A stretch of 64,000 nucleotides of DNA from Octopus sinensis (GCF_006345805.1 NC_043013.1:30628001-30692000); one strand, 5' to 3'. Positions 49,789 to 63,364 are shown, counted from the first letter of the stretch. A program made the numbers and translations. Notes: generated by a model from the letters alone, not told the origin.

Positions 49789-51819
49789 GTATGTATGTAT
49801 ATATGTATATAAACACACACTCCCACACGCCTATAAATATATACATACACATATGTGTTTCTATGTGAATGATTATATGTGTATATACATATATACATAC
49901 ATGCATACCTACATATATATAACTCTAAATCTTATTCCTTTCGATAAAGTCATCCTCGTCCCCATGCCCAATAACTTGTTCAGGGGAACATTAAATCAGG
50001 GTTGCGCTTTATTCTTTCTGAAGATACGTTGCTACTTTATTTTCTCAAGTGAAATTCATGCAAGCCACTTCCTCAGCGATGTCAGCTGATTGTTAAAGTA
50101 GGTTGAACTATTTTAGTATAGAACATGGTTCCATAAAATATACTTACATCAAAACTTCGTAGACTTCGACTCAGAAAATACAGGAATAGATTTTAGAAGG
50201 CAAAGTTCATATGAAAAATATATTGTAATGTATCCAGTGTCAAAGGTTTAACATGTGTCAGAACTAATTCCTGCCTTCCGCTATATTTACGTGCTGCCGA
50301 ATATATGTTAAAATGTTCAGAAGGAAAATTTCTTTTCTTGGCGCGTGCAAAAAATGAATGGTATTCATAGAATAAAAATTTTATAATTTATGCTATTGAA
50401 TGAAACCATATGTCAATCGGTTGGCATAAGTTTGGCAGAAATGGCTTTCATTAGTTTTCTCATTTGCTAAAAATAAAACAAAAACGTTGAAGTATTTCAA
50501 TCTGCTCTTTTCTATTTCTTTGTTATTTATTCCTCTATGTTGATTAAACTATGTAATCTTTTTACTGTAAAGATAATATTTTCAATGAGTATTCTGGTTT
50601 CTGTAAACAATACTTAATTTAAATTTGCATCTTGATGTTATTTTTACGCAACCAAGTTACACGTTTTACAGTAGAACGCTCTTTGATGTCAATGCAGCCT
50701 CACGTATAAATACTTCAACTAACTTATGTCATCAATTAAGTATGAATTTAAATTATATTAATTTATAATTTTCCTTTAGTTTGATAACATATTCATTACT
50801 AATATTAATCATTCAATTCTATTTACTTACAGTTTCTATCCTCACTTGCTATCTAAATGTAAATAATAGTAATTAGAAAAATACGAAAAGTATTTTCCCC
50901 AGAGTAGGAAGCGATGCATTCCTAGATGTGATTTATGAGGGTTCAATAACTGCTTTGAATATTCTTAATCTCATGTAAACTTCGATCTTTTAGTTAAGGT
51001 TAATGGCAACTTTATAAATCATAATGAAATCAATATTCACATGTCATGATCAAAACTTGTGAGATTCAAAGCTCCCGGCAGAATTAATCGACAATAAATA
51101 TTCAATTCACATTTCCTGTTATTTCCTTTAATCTAAGCCGATAATTCTTTGATTACCAAACTACATATTTAAATTTCTATTTCTATATTAGTACAAATAA
51201 ACTCACAATTTCTTTTGGAATTATGTGGTAGAAACGCTCGTGTATCTCTAATTAACTTGCAATTCATTTTATATACTTAACTTTTATTATCAATAGTCGG
51301 TATTTTATGTCTGAGAGAGGATACAAAGAGTGTTATTCATGCAGTCTACCAAGCTTCTTCCATACAAATTTGTATCATTATAAGAAAAACAAGCATCCGC
51401 TTTTGACTAATCATGTTCTTTGTTTCATATCTATATTTCAGTTTTTAAATTCTCCTTTTGAAACATTTTTTACATACATTGACTGAACTCCTAGATATTT
51501 GATATTTGCTGAAGCTATTTACTGTTTATTTTCCTCTTTAATGTATGCATTTGAGTTTCACCGTATCCTTTCACCGTCCGTATTATAATTATGGTTAAAC
51601 GAAAGATACATATGAATTACGTGTTACCCTACACAAGCCACAAGTAACACCGCCAACTAGTTCTTGTATATACTGAGCAGCATCTCAAGGTTTCAAAATA
51701 TGTTGAAACTATCACCAACATCCTTTTAGTTTACAAATGTCTGAGAAGTTGCTCTGTATAGATAATGAAAACTATATAAGAAACGGTACTGAAATGTTAC
51801 TAACTTTGATTAAAAGAAA

Positions 51820-51985
51820 ATAAAGGAGGATCAGTTAATTATAATTTTATTCAAGATATTCCCTTCTCGAATTTACAGACTTACTGCACCGGTCCTTCAC
51901 ATTTTCTAAGCCCTGTAAAAGAAGTCGGATATTTGGGCGTTTCGCAACACCCTTAAAGCCAGGAACTTTTCAGCACTACTCGTAT
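51820..51985. mobile_element. Mariner-derived MITE remnant
   Basis: GGAGGATCAGTTAATTATAATTTTATTCAAG...CCCTTAAAGCCAGGAACTTTTCAGCACTACTCGTA (TIR + TA). Confidence 0.65.
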
Positions 51986-54900
51986 GGAAAATGTTACAAT
52001 AAAAAAAAATCTTAAATTGCTTCCAACCATCATTCAGTGACTAGTTGCTTAAATTATTAATTTAAAATGCTCTAAATTTAATATCTGATTACTTAAAACG
52101 CAATAGGATCGTATTGTGTTCAAAGCAATTAATAATGATGTATTTCAAAATGATCATAAATAACACCATAATTCAAAATTATCATAAATATGAGTTTAAA
52201 CCCTTTCTTCCACTATTTCTAAATATCCATTTCAATTAAAATTCTTTTAGACTTTGTAAAGAGAAAACAATAACAAACAATAATGTGTTAATCAAGAATA
52301 TAATAATGTAGAGTTAGGAAAACAATAGAACGTTCTTCTACAGATCTACAATAAAATTGGAAACAATAGAAAATGCAAGGCAAATCTGAAATATAAAACT
52401 TACACAGTTTCGATCAGTAACAATGAAATGTCATTAACCAGTAGAATTGATTATACCTCCCGAAATAACTATTATTATATTTGTGAATGAAAGGAAAAAA
52501 TAACAGAACGGCAAAATATTCACCTATGGTTTATATAATAATTATCATCTAATGTTGTTCGAACACAATATATGAAATTTAAATCGTCTCTGCTTTCAAC
52601 CATTATTGTAGCTGCTATTTATATATTCATTCCACTAGGATTTACTGCATTGTGCTAATCATTGGAGTCTAATGTTGTGTTAACAATTGCGCTTTTGATT
52701 ATTGTTGCTCTATTTGTAATGCTTATATATCTTTTCTCAAAATTGATATTATTATACTTATATCGCCTATATATTTTCTTTTGTTTATATTTTGTGCCAC
52801 TCTCAGAATCCATTTTTGTTATATGAAAAGCTGGAAATCATACGAACAAACGTAGATACTGAAAGCGTTTTGAGTTATAAGAAAGAATGTTTCGGTCTGG
52901 TTTGTTTTGAAAAGTTTCGAAATATAATACTGTAGATGTCTTCCACCAACTGATTTTGACGTATTAATGTACGTTAAATTATGCACAATGAAAGGCATGT
53001 ATGAAACATGAGAAGAAAAATTTCCTTAAAATGGCAGTTGGTAAATGTTTTAGATTTCAAGAATAAATATACGGCAGTGATCCAGCATTGACGCAGCTCA
53101 GAGCTGAAATTACAAACAAAAAAAAAAATATATATTTTCATAATCAACATTCAGAACTTACCTGTATCATTTTCTCCTTACTTTATTCTCCTTACCAATA
53201 TTTTCATTGGGAGGATTGTTTATGGTTTAAATGGATTAATGCATATGTTTGTAGACTATTGTCGTTTTACTAATTAAAAACATTATCCATAGTTTAACTA
53301 ATAGGAAATGCATTATAAACTTTCGCAAGAGTTTCAGAATTCAAACATACTCACGGAGGCTCTGCAAGAAAGACCGCTGGAAAGATTTTCGATTCTCTAA
53401 TTGCTACTTGTTCATTGATGTGACCGTGACAAGCGGAAAACCTCAGTACTAAATATAGATAGTTAATGAAATTATTTCCTTGAATTAAATACATGAAATA
53501 TAGAATAGTAGCTCCTCAAATGTAATGTTAACGAATATAAACTTTTCACATTAATATATGCTTGGTGAATAAAATTTTAGTTCATAAAACAGTAGTTGTT
53601 TATTGTAATACTACGGGACTGTACATCAGCAAAAAGAAACAGTTATCGTGTATTACAAAATATTTTGGAAGTCAAAATACTATTATTAATCGGTGTTATG
53701 CTCTTGTTGAAGCGTTTAAAGTGGATAATCATCACACTTCAATTAGATTCAATGTTAAAAAAATCATAGAAAATCGATAGTGATTTTGAAACTATTTTCA
53801 ACATTTCGGTGTTGTAGAGAAACGTAGAAAGCATTTATTTTGTGCGAAATTTTAATGACTGAGTTTCACGGAACAATAGAAAAATACATTATACTCAGAT
53901 AATTCAGGATTTGTAAACACTAAACCCCTTTACCGATAATGTAGTGGAATGTATTACTGAATAAATATTTACTTTTATAAGTGAAGTATATTATTGATGT
54001 TCAATGTATATTATTAACAGTAGGATCACAAAATTCACAGATATTATGATATATTTTATTTTACTACTCTTATCTAAGTGCAGACTCTTATTCAGGATCA
54101 CTTCTGTTATAAGGTGATACAGATGTATGTTAGAAATAACATTAACGCGTTTTCCTGAGTCTTATCTAGAACAATTGTGCATACAAGTTCATGCAAGGAT
54201 TTTATTTAGGTGAGAGTTTATGCATTAGTAACAAAGAAAATGAATCTCGGAAGTCGCTCTCTCATTGAAATGGCGATGACATGGATGTTTTAAACTTAAG
54301 ACCGGCAACGTGACCCGAATAGTTGCCATAGTTGGGACACAATACAATACATTAAAAAGATTAGGAGGTTAAATTAAACTAAATGGTTACTTAAGTACAT
54401 ATTCAGGAACAGAAAGCACACATTCAACGAACTTCACGCAGGTTTAATATACCGGATATTATTCAAAGGCTTTGATGGACCTGAGGATATATTAGAAATG
54501 AATCGTGTAGTTTGATGGAGACAAAAACTACACGATGTTCATAAAGCGAATGTGTTACACGCGTAACTATCTGCCCAACTCTGTATGAAGATATTAGTGG
54601 AGTAATGCAATTCGATTCCTTGTTGCTGTAAATTGAATGTTAATTGACAAGACTTGATATATATGTCATTATATTAGGTTACACAACTACCGATTTACAA
54701 TTCTTCACTTTATTGTTCACTATTACACGAAGTTATTGCACGCAGGCGTACGAATTGCAGTGGAAGATATCTTTACTGAATTTCTTTGAAATGAGGAATC
54801 AGGTATTCACGTTCGTCTTGGTCAGCTGTTTATGTGCTCCCCAACTTTGTACTGGACATTGGCCATTACTTTTAAAAAGTTACATGAAGACACACTTCAA

Positions 54901-55249
54901 AAAGATGTTAATTTCTTACAGCAGTTTTGCATAACACACATCGATTATTTCACTTTTTCTAGATTAAGATATGGAAATGCCGCCGTGCCGGAGTATTGTC
55001 TTCAAGGTTTAGTTGACCGTATTCATCCCATTGTATATTTCCTGCCACTGCCTTTTATTGCTTACATTTGCTGAATTGTTTGGTTATTTTGTTATGTTTT
55101 ACTTTTATTCTTATTCAGTAGCAAATTATGTTCTTTATGATAGGGAATGTTAGCGGTATAAAAATATTTTAAATAATACGTATAAATTATGTCCTGCTAT
55201 GGAAAGTCATTAACGAAATGTAAAAACACAATTGGTTTCAACAAAGAGT

Positions 55250-55520
55250 CCCAGTTCACAGCCTTCCCGTGAAATCGACGTGAAAGTGATGAGTACTCCG
55301 TAGACGCAGGTGGCATTAACGTAGTTCTCAGGGAGACACAACTTGATAAGTCTCATCCATTGAATTGCTGGTACAACTCATTTTTGTTAACTGAATTAAC
55401 TGGAGCTACGTCATAATAAAGTAACTTGCTTAAGTGACAACGCGCTTAGCTGGAAATCGAACTCACGAACTCACGAACTTAAATCGTATGTCGAATACCC
55501 TAAATACTAAGTCATGCATC
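55250..55520 (-). mobile_element. Decayed SINE (family B-like, another tail type)
   Basis: GGAAATCGAACTCACGA (B-box complement) and ACGTAGTTCTCAGGGAGA tail remnants. Confidence 0.45.
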
Positions 55521-57379
55521 TTCGCTCATTAAAGAAATACGATGGGAGAGTCGATATTTGAGATGCTACGAGGTCATTTCAAATGATTTCGATGGCAGAT
55601 GTTTCTCAAATCACACCAGCTGCAAGGCCTAACTCACATTTGAGAAACCGTAATCATATGTAAGCCTAAAAAAGAAGCCCGATTATAGTTGCAATTCTTT
55701 TAATCATAGGGATGCTCGACCGAAGTCAACCACCATGAACGACATTCAGCAACAACTATAAAAGCAACATTAGCGATTCGAGTTATTGTTTACAATGACT
55801 TGACTTATTGATTGTGATCTTGTAGTACGAAGCGAAAGTACAAATTGTATTGTCTCGCAAATTCTTGAATCCGTGTCGTTTAATCTGTGTAATGATCCTA
55901 TACATCAACGACCTACATTACTGATCTCCTATCTATATAAGATCATGCGAATAATAAATAATTTAATCTAAACGTTCTTCAGACATCACTCTTAATTTAG
56001 AGAATCCAATCCTTCTTTTCAAAAATAATTTCCTTACCAAGTTATGTGATAAAAAAGCTGGGTCGTCGTTATTGGTTACGGCACTTAAGATACATTATTT
56101 ATGTAAATATATTTATAATGGAATGGGAAAAGGACCTATTAAGAATTTGAATATGACACTAAATCATGCATTTTAAACTACTTGATTTATAAAAACAAAT
56201 TGTATTAGTCTCAGCGTAACGGGCGTATCACCTCATTTAAGGCAAATATACAAATTATAGTTAGTTGCCGATTTCGATTATATGGATCATAGCCTTAGTT
56301 AATGTGCAAAACCGCCTCGTTCTCTGATAACCAAATTACTTCACCGTGGACGATTTCACATGAATATCGGAGATTTTAACCAAACTTTAGTACCATGAAT
56401 ATATAATATTCTCGAATGTAAAATTTCCAACTTTTATTTTGTATTATATTTTCGTATTATTTTTATCGTTACTGCAAAACTGTTATCCAAACGACTATGA
56501 CACTAAGAACAATATGTAAATTTGCTCACTTGGTTTTAAATAAGAGATGAGATAGTTTAATGTATATAATGATATTTACTTTTATATCCTGAAGCAGATG
56601 CAAATGTACGTGTTCTTTCTGATTCACAATTAGGCGTTACATTTACCACCAAACTTCGCTCTCGTTCTGCAGATAAAATAATTATTCAGTTTCCAGTAAA
56701 TCGATCTCACAAATTCAGGCAAACAAACACTGGAGCAGATTGACGGGAACACACACTCATAAATGCATAAGATCATCCATATCCACACGCATCTGTCCAC
56801 ATGAACTATAGTTAGGTTTTTCTCAGGATACATGTAAATGTATGTCAGTGTGTGTGACTGTATATGAAATGACTGGCGGAATATAAGCTTCTACACGCTA
56901 TTTAACGTTATGTGAAATATATGCAGGTTTTGGCAAATGAGATGGGCCCCTATTAATATACATATCATTAATCCGTTCGCCGGTTACCTTAAAATTCTAT
57001 TGATCAACGAAGCTAACTTAATACTACATTTATTCACGTATCATTTATATAACCTTAACCATATAAAAACTTGAGTGCGTGAATATACATACATATACAT
57101 ATGTGTGCATGTGTTTTTTTGTGTGTGTGTTTGTGTGTGTGTATGTGTGTGGGAAATCAGTGTTATTATGTTCAGTTATAATAAAACAATATCACACTAC
57201 TCTGCAGGGTTACTCCATATTTACTTCGAGTACGAATTTATTATTCTTAAACACGAATATATAATTGACAGGAAGTTTAGGGTACTAGTTGAATGAATTA
57301 TCCGACGATGGGTTGGAAGTTACTGCCAATACCATTTTTGTTTAAGAATAACTTATATATATAGAGAAAGATAGAATTC

Positions 57380-57600
57380 TCAAAAAAAAAAAGACGAAGA
57401 CAGGTGGTGTAGACAACAAACATATGTATTAGTATAACGCTCAGGGAATGAAAAAGTCTTTAACGTTTCGAGCCTACGCTCTTCCACATAAACGAACACA
57501 GAAAGACACAAGGTGAGAAAATAAAGACTGTGTAGTGGCTAACGATCTGTCAAGACGAAGGCCGGACAGAAGGGTCACGCAGGAGAGGTAGGGAGAATAT
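57380..57600 (-). mobile_element. PLE-terminal-like non-coding repeat with degenerate hammerhead at 57456-57490
   Basis: Minus strand ATGTGGA-A-GAGC(gtag)GCTC-GAAAC-GTT. A related decayed copy lies near 63480-63560. Confidence 0.4.
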
Positions 57601-57611
57601 ATATGTAGTTA

Positions 57612-57836
57612 GACTCTTTACTCTTTACTTGTTTCAGACATTTGACTGCGGCCATGCTGGAGTACCGCCTTTAATCGAGCAACTCGACCCCGGGACTTAT
57701 TCTTTGTAAGCTCAGTACTTATTCTATCGGTCCCTTTTGCCGAACCGCTAAGTTACGGGGACATAAACACACCAGCATCGGTTGTCAAGCGATGTTGGGG
57801 AGACAAACACAGGCATACAAACATACACACACACAT

Positions 57837-57869
<33 letters not shown>

Positions 57870-57992
57870 CATATATACGGCGGACTTCTTTCAGTTTCCG
57901 TCTACCAAATCCACTCACAAGGCTTTGGTCGGCCCGAGACTATAGTAGAAGACACTTGCCCAAGGTGCCACGCAGTGGGACTGAACCCGGAA
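57612..57992 (-). mobile_element. SINE family C
   Basis: B-box complement GGGACTGAACCCGGAAC; core ACCAAATCCACTCACAAGGC; internal (CA/TA)n; 3' tail GGCGGTACTCCAGCATGGCCGCAGTCAAATGTCTGAAAC with (AGAGTAA)n. Confidence 0.85.
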
Positions 57993-57994
57993 CT

Positions 57995-58481
57995 CAATAG
58001 AGAGGACTATATCAAGTGCCTGGAGGCAAAAGTGTTGCTCAGGGTCAAGATGGTGACTGCTGGAAAAGAGTATGTCTAGCAACAGGATTCTGCACCATGC
58101 TGCATAAGCAGGAGATCACAGTCATGGCTGTCAGACAATTTCTGCGACCAAATCACACCTCGCATCTGGCCACCTTCCTCCTAAGACGGCAAACGCCTTG
58201 ATTATTATATGTGGGGCACAGTTAAGCGAGAGACTCACAAAATTCCTTGTAACACCAAAGATGAACTGAAGGCAATGGTAATGGCAGCATTTGCCACCTT
58301 AAACAAGGAGACCATCCAGATGAGTCGTCTGGAGGACGTGGTTGACGCCAATAGCGATTTTATTGAATAAATTTACTCTTTAGTATTTCAAGATATTTTT
58401 CTGATATTTTGGTACAATGAGATGTCAGTACTATTTTCAGGTTTGGGTTATGTAGACGACAGTTTATTCACCGCATCCTGA

Positions 58482-58482
<1 letters not shown>
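57995..58482 (+). mobile_element. DD37D (maT-type) Tc1/mariner 3' fragment with terminal repeat
   Basis: In-frame QQD(58086)SAP...WPPSS*DGKRLD(58200)YYMWG has exactly 37 residues between the two Asp; ends DFIE* at 58370; terminus CAGTTTATTCACCGCATCCTG near TA repeats. Confidence 0.8.
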
Positions 58483-58514
<32 letters not shown>

Positions 58515-58687
58515 TATACATAACTTGATTAGCAATTCAATATGAGCTATATATAGACATGCACAAATTCTGTAAGTTTAAGACCTTTCATCGAATCTCC
58601 AGGAATCGAACTTTCTTCAATGCAGTTAATCTTACACCCTCTTTTGTATCTACCCCTTTTGATGTTTGGGAATTCTCTGATGTTTTT

Positions 58688-58771
58688 TCGGCTGACGAGT
58701 ACGAGCTATCTGTATTTACTGCATTTTTTGTAGCTTATTAAAGATGTCCTCGTACGAAACAATTGTACCGA
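58688..58771 (+). ncRNA. Minimal type I hammerhead ribozyme, canonical core
   Basis: TTTCGG-CTGACGA-GTACGAG(43 nt)CTCGTAC-GAAAC-AATT-GTA-CCGAGA; predicted cleavage after A58767. Confidence 0.75.
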
Positions 58772-58824
58772 GATTTTAATCCATTCTTGTTGCTTTTTTC
58801 CTATTTATATATACACATATATAT

Positions 58825-58858
<34 letters not shown>

Positions 58859-58873
58859 ATATATATATATATA

Positions 58874-58956
58874 CATAACGCAAAACTGAAAATACTATTT
58901 TCAGTTTTGCGTCATGTAGACGACAGTTTATTCACCGCATCCTGAATATATATATA

Positions 58957-59008
<52 letters not shown>

Positions 59009-59020
59009 AGGATGCGGTGA

Positions 59021-59057
<37 letters not shown>

Positions 59058-59176
59058 ATATATATAATATATATATATTCAGGATGCGGTGAATAAACTG
59101 TCGTCTGCATAACGCAAAACTGAAAATAGTACTGACATCTCATTTTACCAAACTTTCAGAAAAATATCTGAAAATA
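58874..59176. mobile_element. Cluster of DD37D terminal fragments in both orientations within (TA)n
   Basis: Fold-back plus terminus at 58874-58944, inverted tip at 59008-59022, inverted ~97-bp end at 59080-59176. Confidence 0.75.
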
Positions 59177-59211
59177 TATACATATATGTATATATATATC
59201 TATATATATAC

Positions 59212-59500
59212 CAGGCTGTCAGATGTTGCTACTCATCGCTGGTCACAATGCGTTTCGCATTGTTTTACCCTTTAAATGACGCCACCCCGCTGGCTAAGCG
59301 AGCAGGCCAAGAGAAGATAGAGTGAGAGAAAGTGGTGGCAAAAGAGTACAGCAAGGATCGCCACCAACGCCTGTCGGAGCCTCGTGGAGCTTTAGGCGTT
59401 TTCGCTCAATAAACCTCACAACGCCCGGTCTGGGAATCGAAACAGCGATCCTACGACCGCGAATCCGCTGCCCTAACCACTGGGCCATTGCGCCTCCACC
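59212..59500 (-). mobile_element. SINE family B (tail type 3)
   Basis: Head GGTGGAGGCGCAATGGCCCAGTGGTTAGGGCAGCGGATTCGCGG...GTTTCGATTCCCAGACCGGGCG; tail CTCGCTTAGCCAGCGGGGTGGCGTC...GACAGCCTGG. Confidence 0.88.
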
Positions 59501-59547
<47 letters not shown>

Positions 59548-59598
59548 TATATATAATATATATAATATATATATGTATACAATATATGTACATATATA

Positions 59599-59642
<44 letters not shown>

Positions 59643-60194
59643 GTTTATGAGACAGGAAGTGTACCAGGATTAAAATAGTGTTAATTGCTTTCTTATAATT
59701 ACTATAAATAGGAGGAAATATGAGATCATTAATAAGTCAAACCTGGTTCGAAGAAACGCCCAAATAAATCTTAGAGTTAAGCTGGTATACGTAGCGTTAG
59801 ATGCATTCCACTATTTGAAATAAAAATAGGTGAATAATACGTATTTAGAAACTTCCTTTGTCGACATTAGAAGATTTTTCCAACTAATTCTTCTCGTAAA
59901 TCTGATGAAAGAACCAGTTATAAGTGTTTTGTACGCGTTTCAAGATTTTTGATTCATTAAATACATGATTAACAAATTGGTCACGTAAATTATTAATGAA
60001 TCTCCAGTTTGTTTCTCATTAATTTTTCGCACTAATTAAAAATTTTGTGGATAATTGGGTAAAATATGTCTTACTGAATAGCAGAATGGCATCAGAAAGT
60101 ACCAGATTATGCGAATACGTCAGCACTCTTTTGGCCCGGTAGTATATATCACGGTATTTATCAGAATATTGGATGTTGTTATATATTGCTGGCT

Positions 60195-60400
60195 ACAATG
60201 TGCTTTGCGTTGTTTTACTCTTCGTATGATACCACCCCGCTGACTAGATGAGCAGGTTAACATTCCCCATAATTTGAAAAGAAATCAGTCGAAGGAGTGA
60301 ACTAGAGCAATGTAGAACGCGGTGTTTTGCTGAAGAATACAGAGCACCATCCGGTCCGGGAATCGGGCACGTGATCTAGCAAACCTCAGTGCAACAGCCT
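60195..60400 (-). mobile_element. Decayed SINE with tail type 3
   Basis: CCACCCCGCTGACTAGATGAGCAGG matches 59283-59306; CCGGTCCGGGAATCG is a B-box complement. Confidence 0.55.
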
Positions 60401-60461
60401 ACCAAGAGGTAAATCCGAGGCAGTTGCTGCCAGTTGTAAGACTATATATATATATATATAT

Positions 60462-60513
<52 letters not shown>

Positions 60514-60548
60514 ATGTATATATATATATGTATATATGTATATATGTA

Positions 60549-60608
<60 letters not shown>

Positions 60609-60621
60609 ATATATATACGTA

Positions 60622-61202
60622 TACGATGACAGTGCTTCAGGACATAGACATGTGTATGCCTAAAACGGAAGTTTTAAAATTAGCCGAACAACGGGACGAA
60701 CATGGTGGGGTCCATATAAATCACTACTGTGAAGGTTGAACATGCTCGTGAGATGAAATTTTGTCGCACCGACGTGTGACCATCGAAGAAGTGGCACGTT
60801 CTTTGCAATCTTTGCAATTTACTTATTGTCACCTACAAACTTGAAGCCATTGAGAAATTGGCTTTCGAGATGCTGGAACTATCCGCATACAGTCCAAATT
60901 GCGCCACATTCGATTATCGCCTCTTTCGTCATCTTAAATTTCCTTTACGAAGAAGTACATTTCCTACATGAGCGCAAGTGCAGAAAGCGCTCCATAAATC
61001 TGTGCGACCAGCAGAAAATCATTTTCGCTAGAAGTACTGCGCCTTCACCAATATAATAAGCAATATTAGGGACCACATTGAAATGCAAGCAGGAAAATGA
61101 GATAACATTTCAATGTGTGTGAGTTTGTAAAACTATTCGTACTGAAGACGAAGACGGGTACAAGTGTCAGTGAGCGGCCTTCTTTTTAACTGACTTCAAA
61201 TA
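60622..61202 (+). mobile_element. Highly decayed mariner
   Basis: RRVTIEEVA.SL, IEKLAFEMLELSAYSPNCATFDYRLFRHLK (YSPDLAPSD-like) and VQKALHK. Confidence 0.6.
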
Positions 61203-62759
61203 TTTCATGTAATCAAGTAATACTTTCTTTATATAACATCCATCATAAGTTGTGCCATCACTGAACTCCTGTTTCGAATCGTTTTTGAAAAGTTCTGATA
61301 TGCAGAGTTGTATTCATTTTACAGTCGCTTTTCTTTATTCTGCTTCACCAATTATCCACGGTAAACTCTGCGCTTTATACGCTGGCGCAAGCGGAAGCTG
61401 CAGGATGCCAAATCTTGATCGTTTCCAGCAACCTATTCTATGTAAACATCTTAATATATGCTCTATGATGAGAGTACTTCAACCTATCATTTTCCATTTA
61501 CGGTACAGCCAAGGTCAGGTATCTCAAGAATAACAGCAGCTTCGTTATTCCAGCTTCCTCATCACTACGTTGCTGTCTGCAGATCATTGGCTCTTGAACC
61601 TCTTAGTCATTGCAGACAAAGACTGCTGCTATCCATAAATCGACTCTTCATTGAAAAGAACCGCGTATATATGCGTGTATGCAAGAGGAATAATTATTTT
61701 CTTGTTATACAGTTAGAAGACCTTCTAGTGAATGACCTTAAATTGAAAATATCTATTACATTCTACTAAAATCTTAGACAACATCGTGAACATAACTTTA
61801 TTTTCTGTTAATGCATGGAAAATTTATGAGAAATATCATAACACTGAATCACATGCAAATATTCCATACGATTAATGTAACATTATTCAATGTATAACAG
61901 TTACGATATCCATGAATAATCTCTAATTTAATGTGCAATACCCTAGCTTTGTGTGATATCGACGAGAAACTGTAACATCCGTTATACTAAATCGTAACAT
62001 AAATCACACACACCATTTACTTTCCATCGTCGGCATAAAATGTTAATGTATTTTGTCACGCTCACATCCAAGTGGAGTATTTACCAGATGGAACCCCGGA
62101 AACTTATTGCATATTTCTGGATATAACGTGTGCGAGGGTACTGAAGTTACGTTGAAGTCTAGGTAAAATATGTAAAACCAAAAGAACTATAAATTACGGC
62201 TCTATAACTAATTTTATATCGCATGATTAAGGTCCATTTTCAGATCTCTCTAGTGGCTTGTCAGTATTCATTGCATCAAATCTACACGTTTCTGGAGAAA
62301 TTATATTTAATCGACTGTTTTTGCAGACAATCGCTTTTATCACTGAGTCAGCAAACAGTGACATAGTTTGTCAAGGAAAACAGGACAGGAAAAAGTCATT
62401 GAGTCATTAAATAAAGTAACTCGAGTAAGTAATCATGAACGTGTTGCTCAAATTGAGAAAATAATATATTTGTTATATGTTCAAAGGGGAAGCACGAAAT
62501 CATGGTGATCTTCAAAAAATTTACACTAGTCTAGACACAATGGACGCAAGATTTTCTTATGAAAATTGTTATTGCAGAATTTCCTGATTTTAACAGTTAA
62601 ATCGAATCGATGTAGGATGATCTACGAATCTGATCGACTGCTAGGAATGTAAAGTGAATCTGAAAATAATGCGAAATATTTTAAATTTGTTAAGCTGTTT
62701 TGCATATTCTCGGTCTAGAGAATATTGCATATTATCATTTTATTCTTCATCACTGCCAC

Positions 62760-63342
62760 ATCTGCAAATTCCGTAACACCAATGATGACCAGTGATGACC
62801 TTCGGAAAAAGGTCTGGATCAACTTGCAATTGTTGTTTCAGTTCACGACACGCATTCAGTCGTGACTACTTTTGATCTTCCGTGAGGAAGCGAGGCCCAA
62901 ATTTTGCTGCAACTATTTTCCTCGCTCAAAAGTCCTTGCAGGAGATTCAGAACACACCAATCATATAAGCATGATCGTCAATTGTTCAGTGTCGGTCCTC
63001 AAAGATCATGAGCAAAATTTATGTTTTGATCATGGATGGCAGCGTTCTTGTAAGCTGTTTGAAGCATCACGACTCTTTCGGTTGTGGGTTTTGCCCGCAG
63101 AAAACAGAATTTCTCGGAAGTACACTGTTCCTTCGTTTCAGCCATTGCAAAAATCGACGAACAGAGGAGAAGCACAGCAAAACGAAGACGCATCATGTGG
63201 CAACATAACGTACATAGGCACTGCCAATTGACAGAGGGATGTCTCAGAAATGCATCAACTGGGTCCTAGTGGCGAGAACCTAAACTATAATAGGGTTGCC
63301 CCACAGCGAAAGTTTCCGGTTAGTTTTGGTTATCCCCTTGTA
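62760..63342 (-). mobile_element. Mariner 5' half, decayed
   Basis: EQC..KFCFLRAKPTTERVVMLQTAY; KIVAAKFGPRFLTEDQK.RLNACRELKQQLQVDPDLFPKVITG; TIR-like TACAAGGGGATAACCAAAACTAACCGGAA on the minus strand from 63342. Confidence 0.75.
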
Positions 63343-63364
63343 CATTATATATATATGTGTGTGT

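Noticed and set aside
56600-56830. Possible host exon or micro-exon
   Set aside because: Short open frames with weak splice signals, expected by chance.
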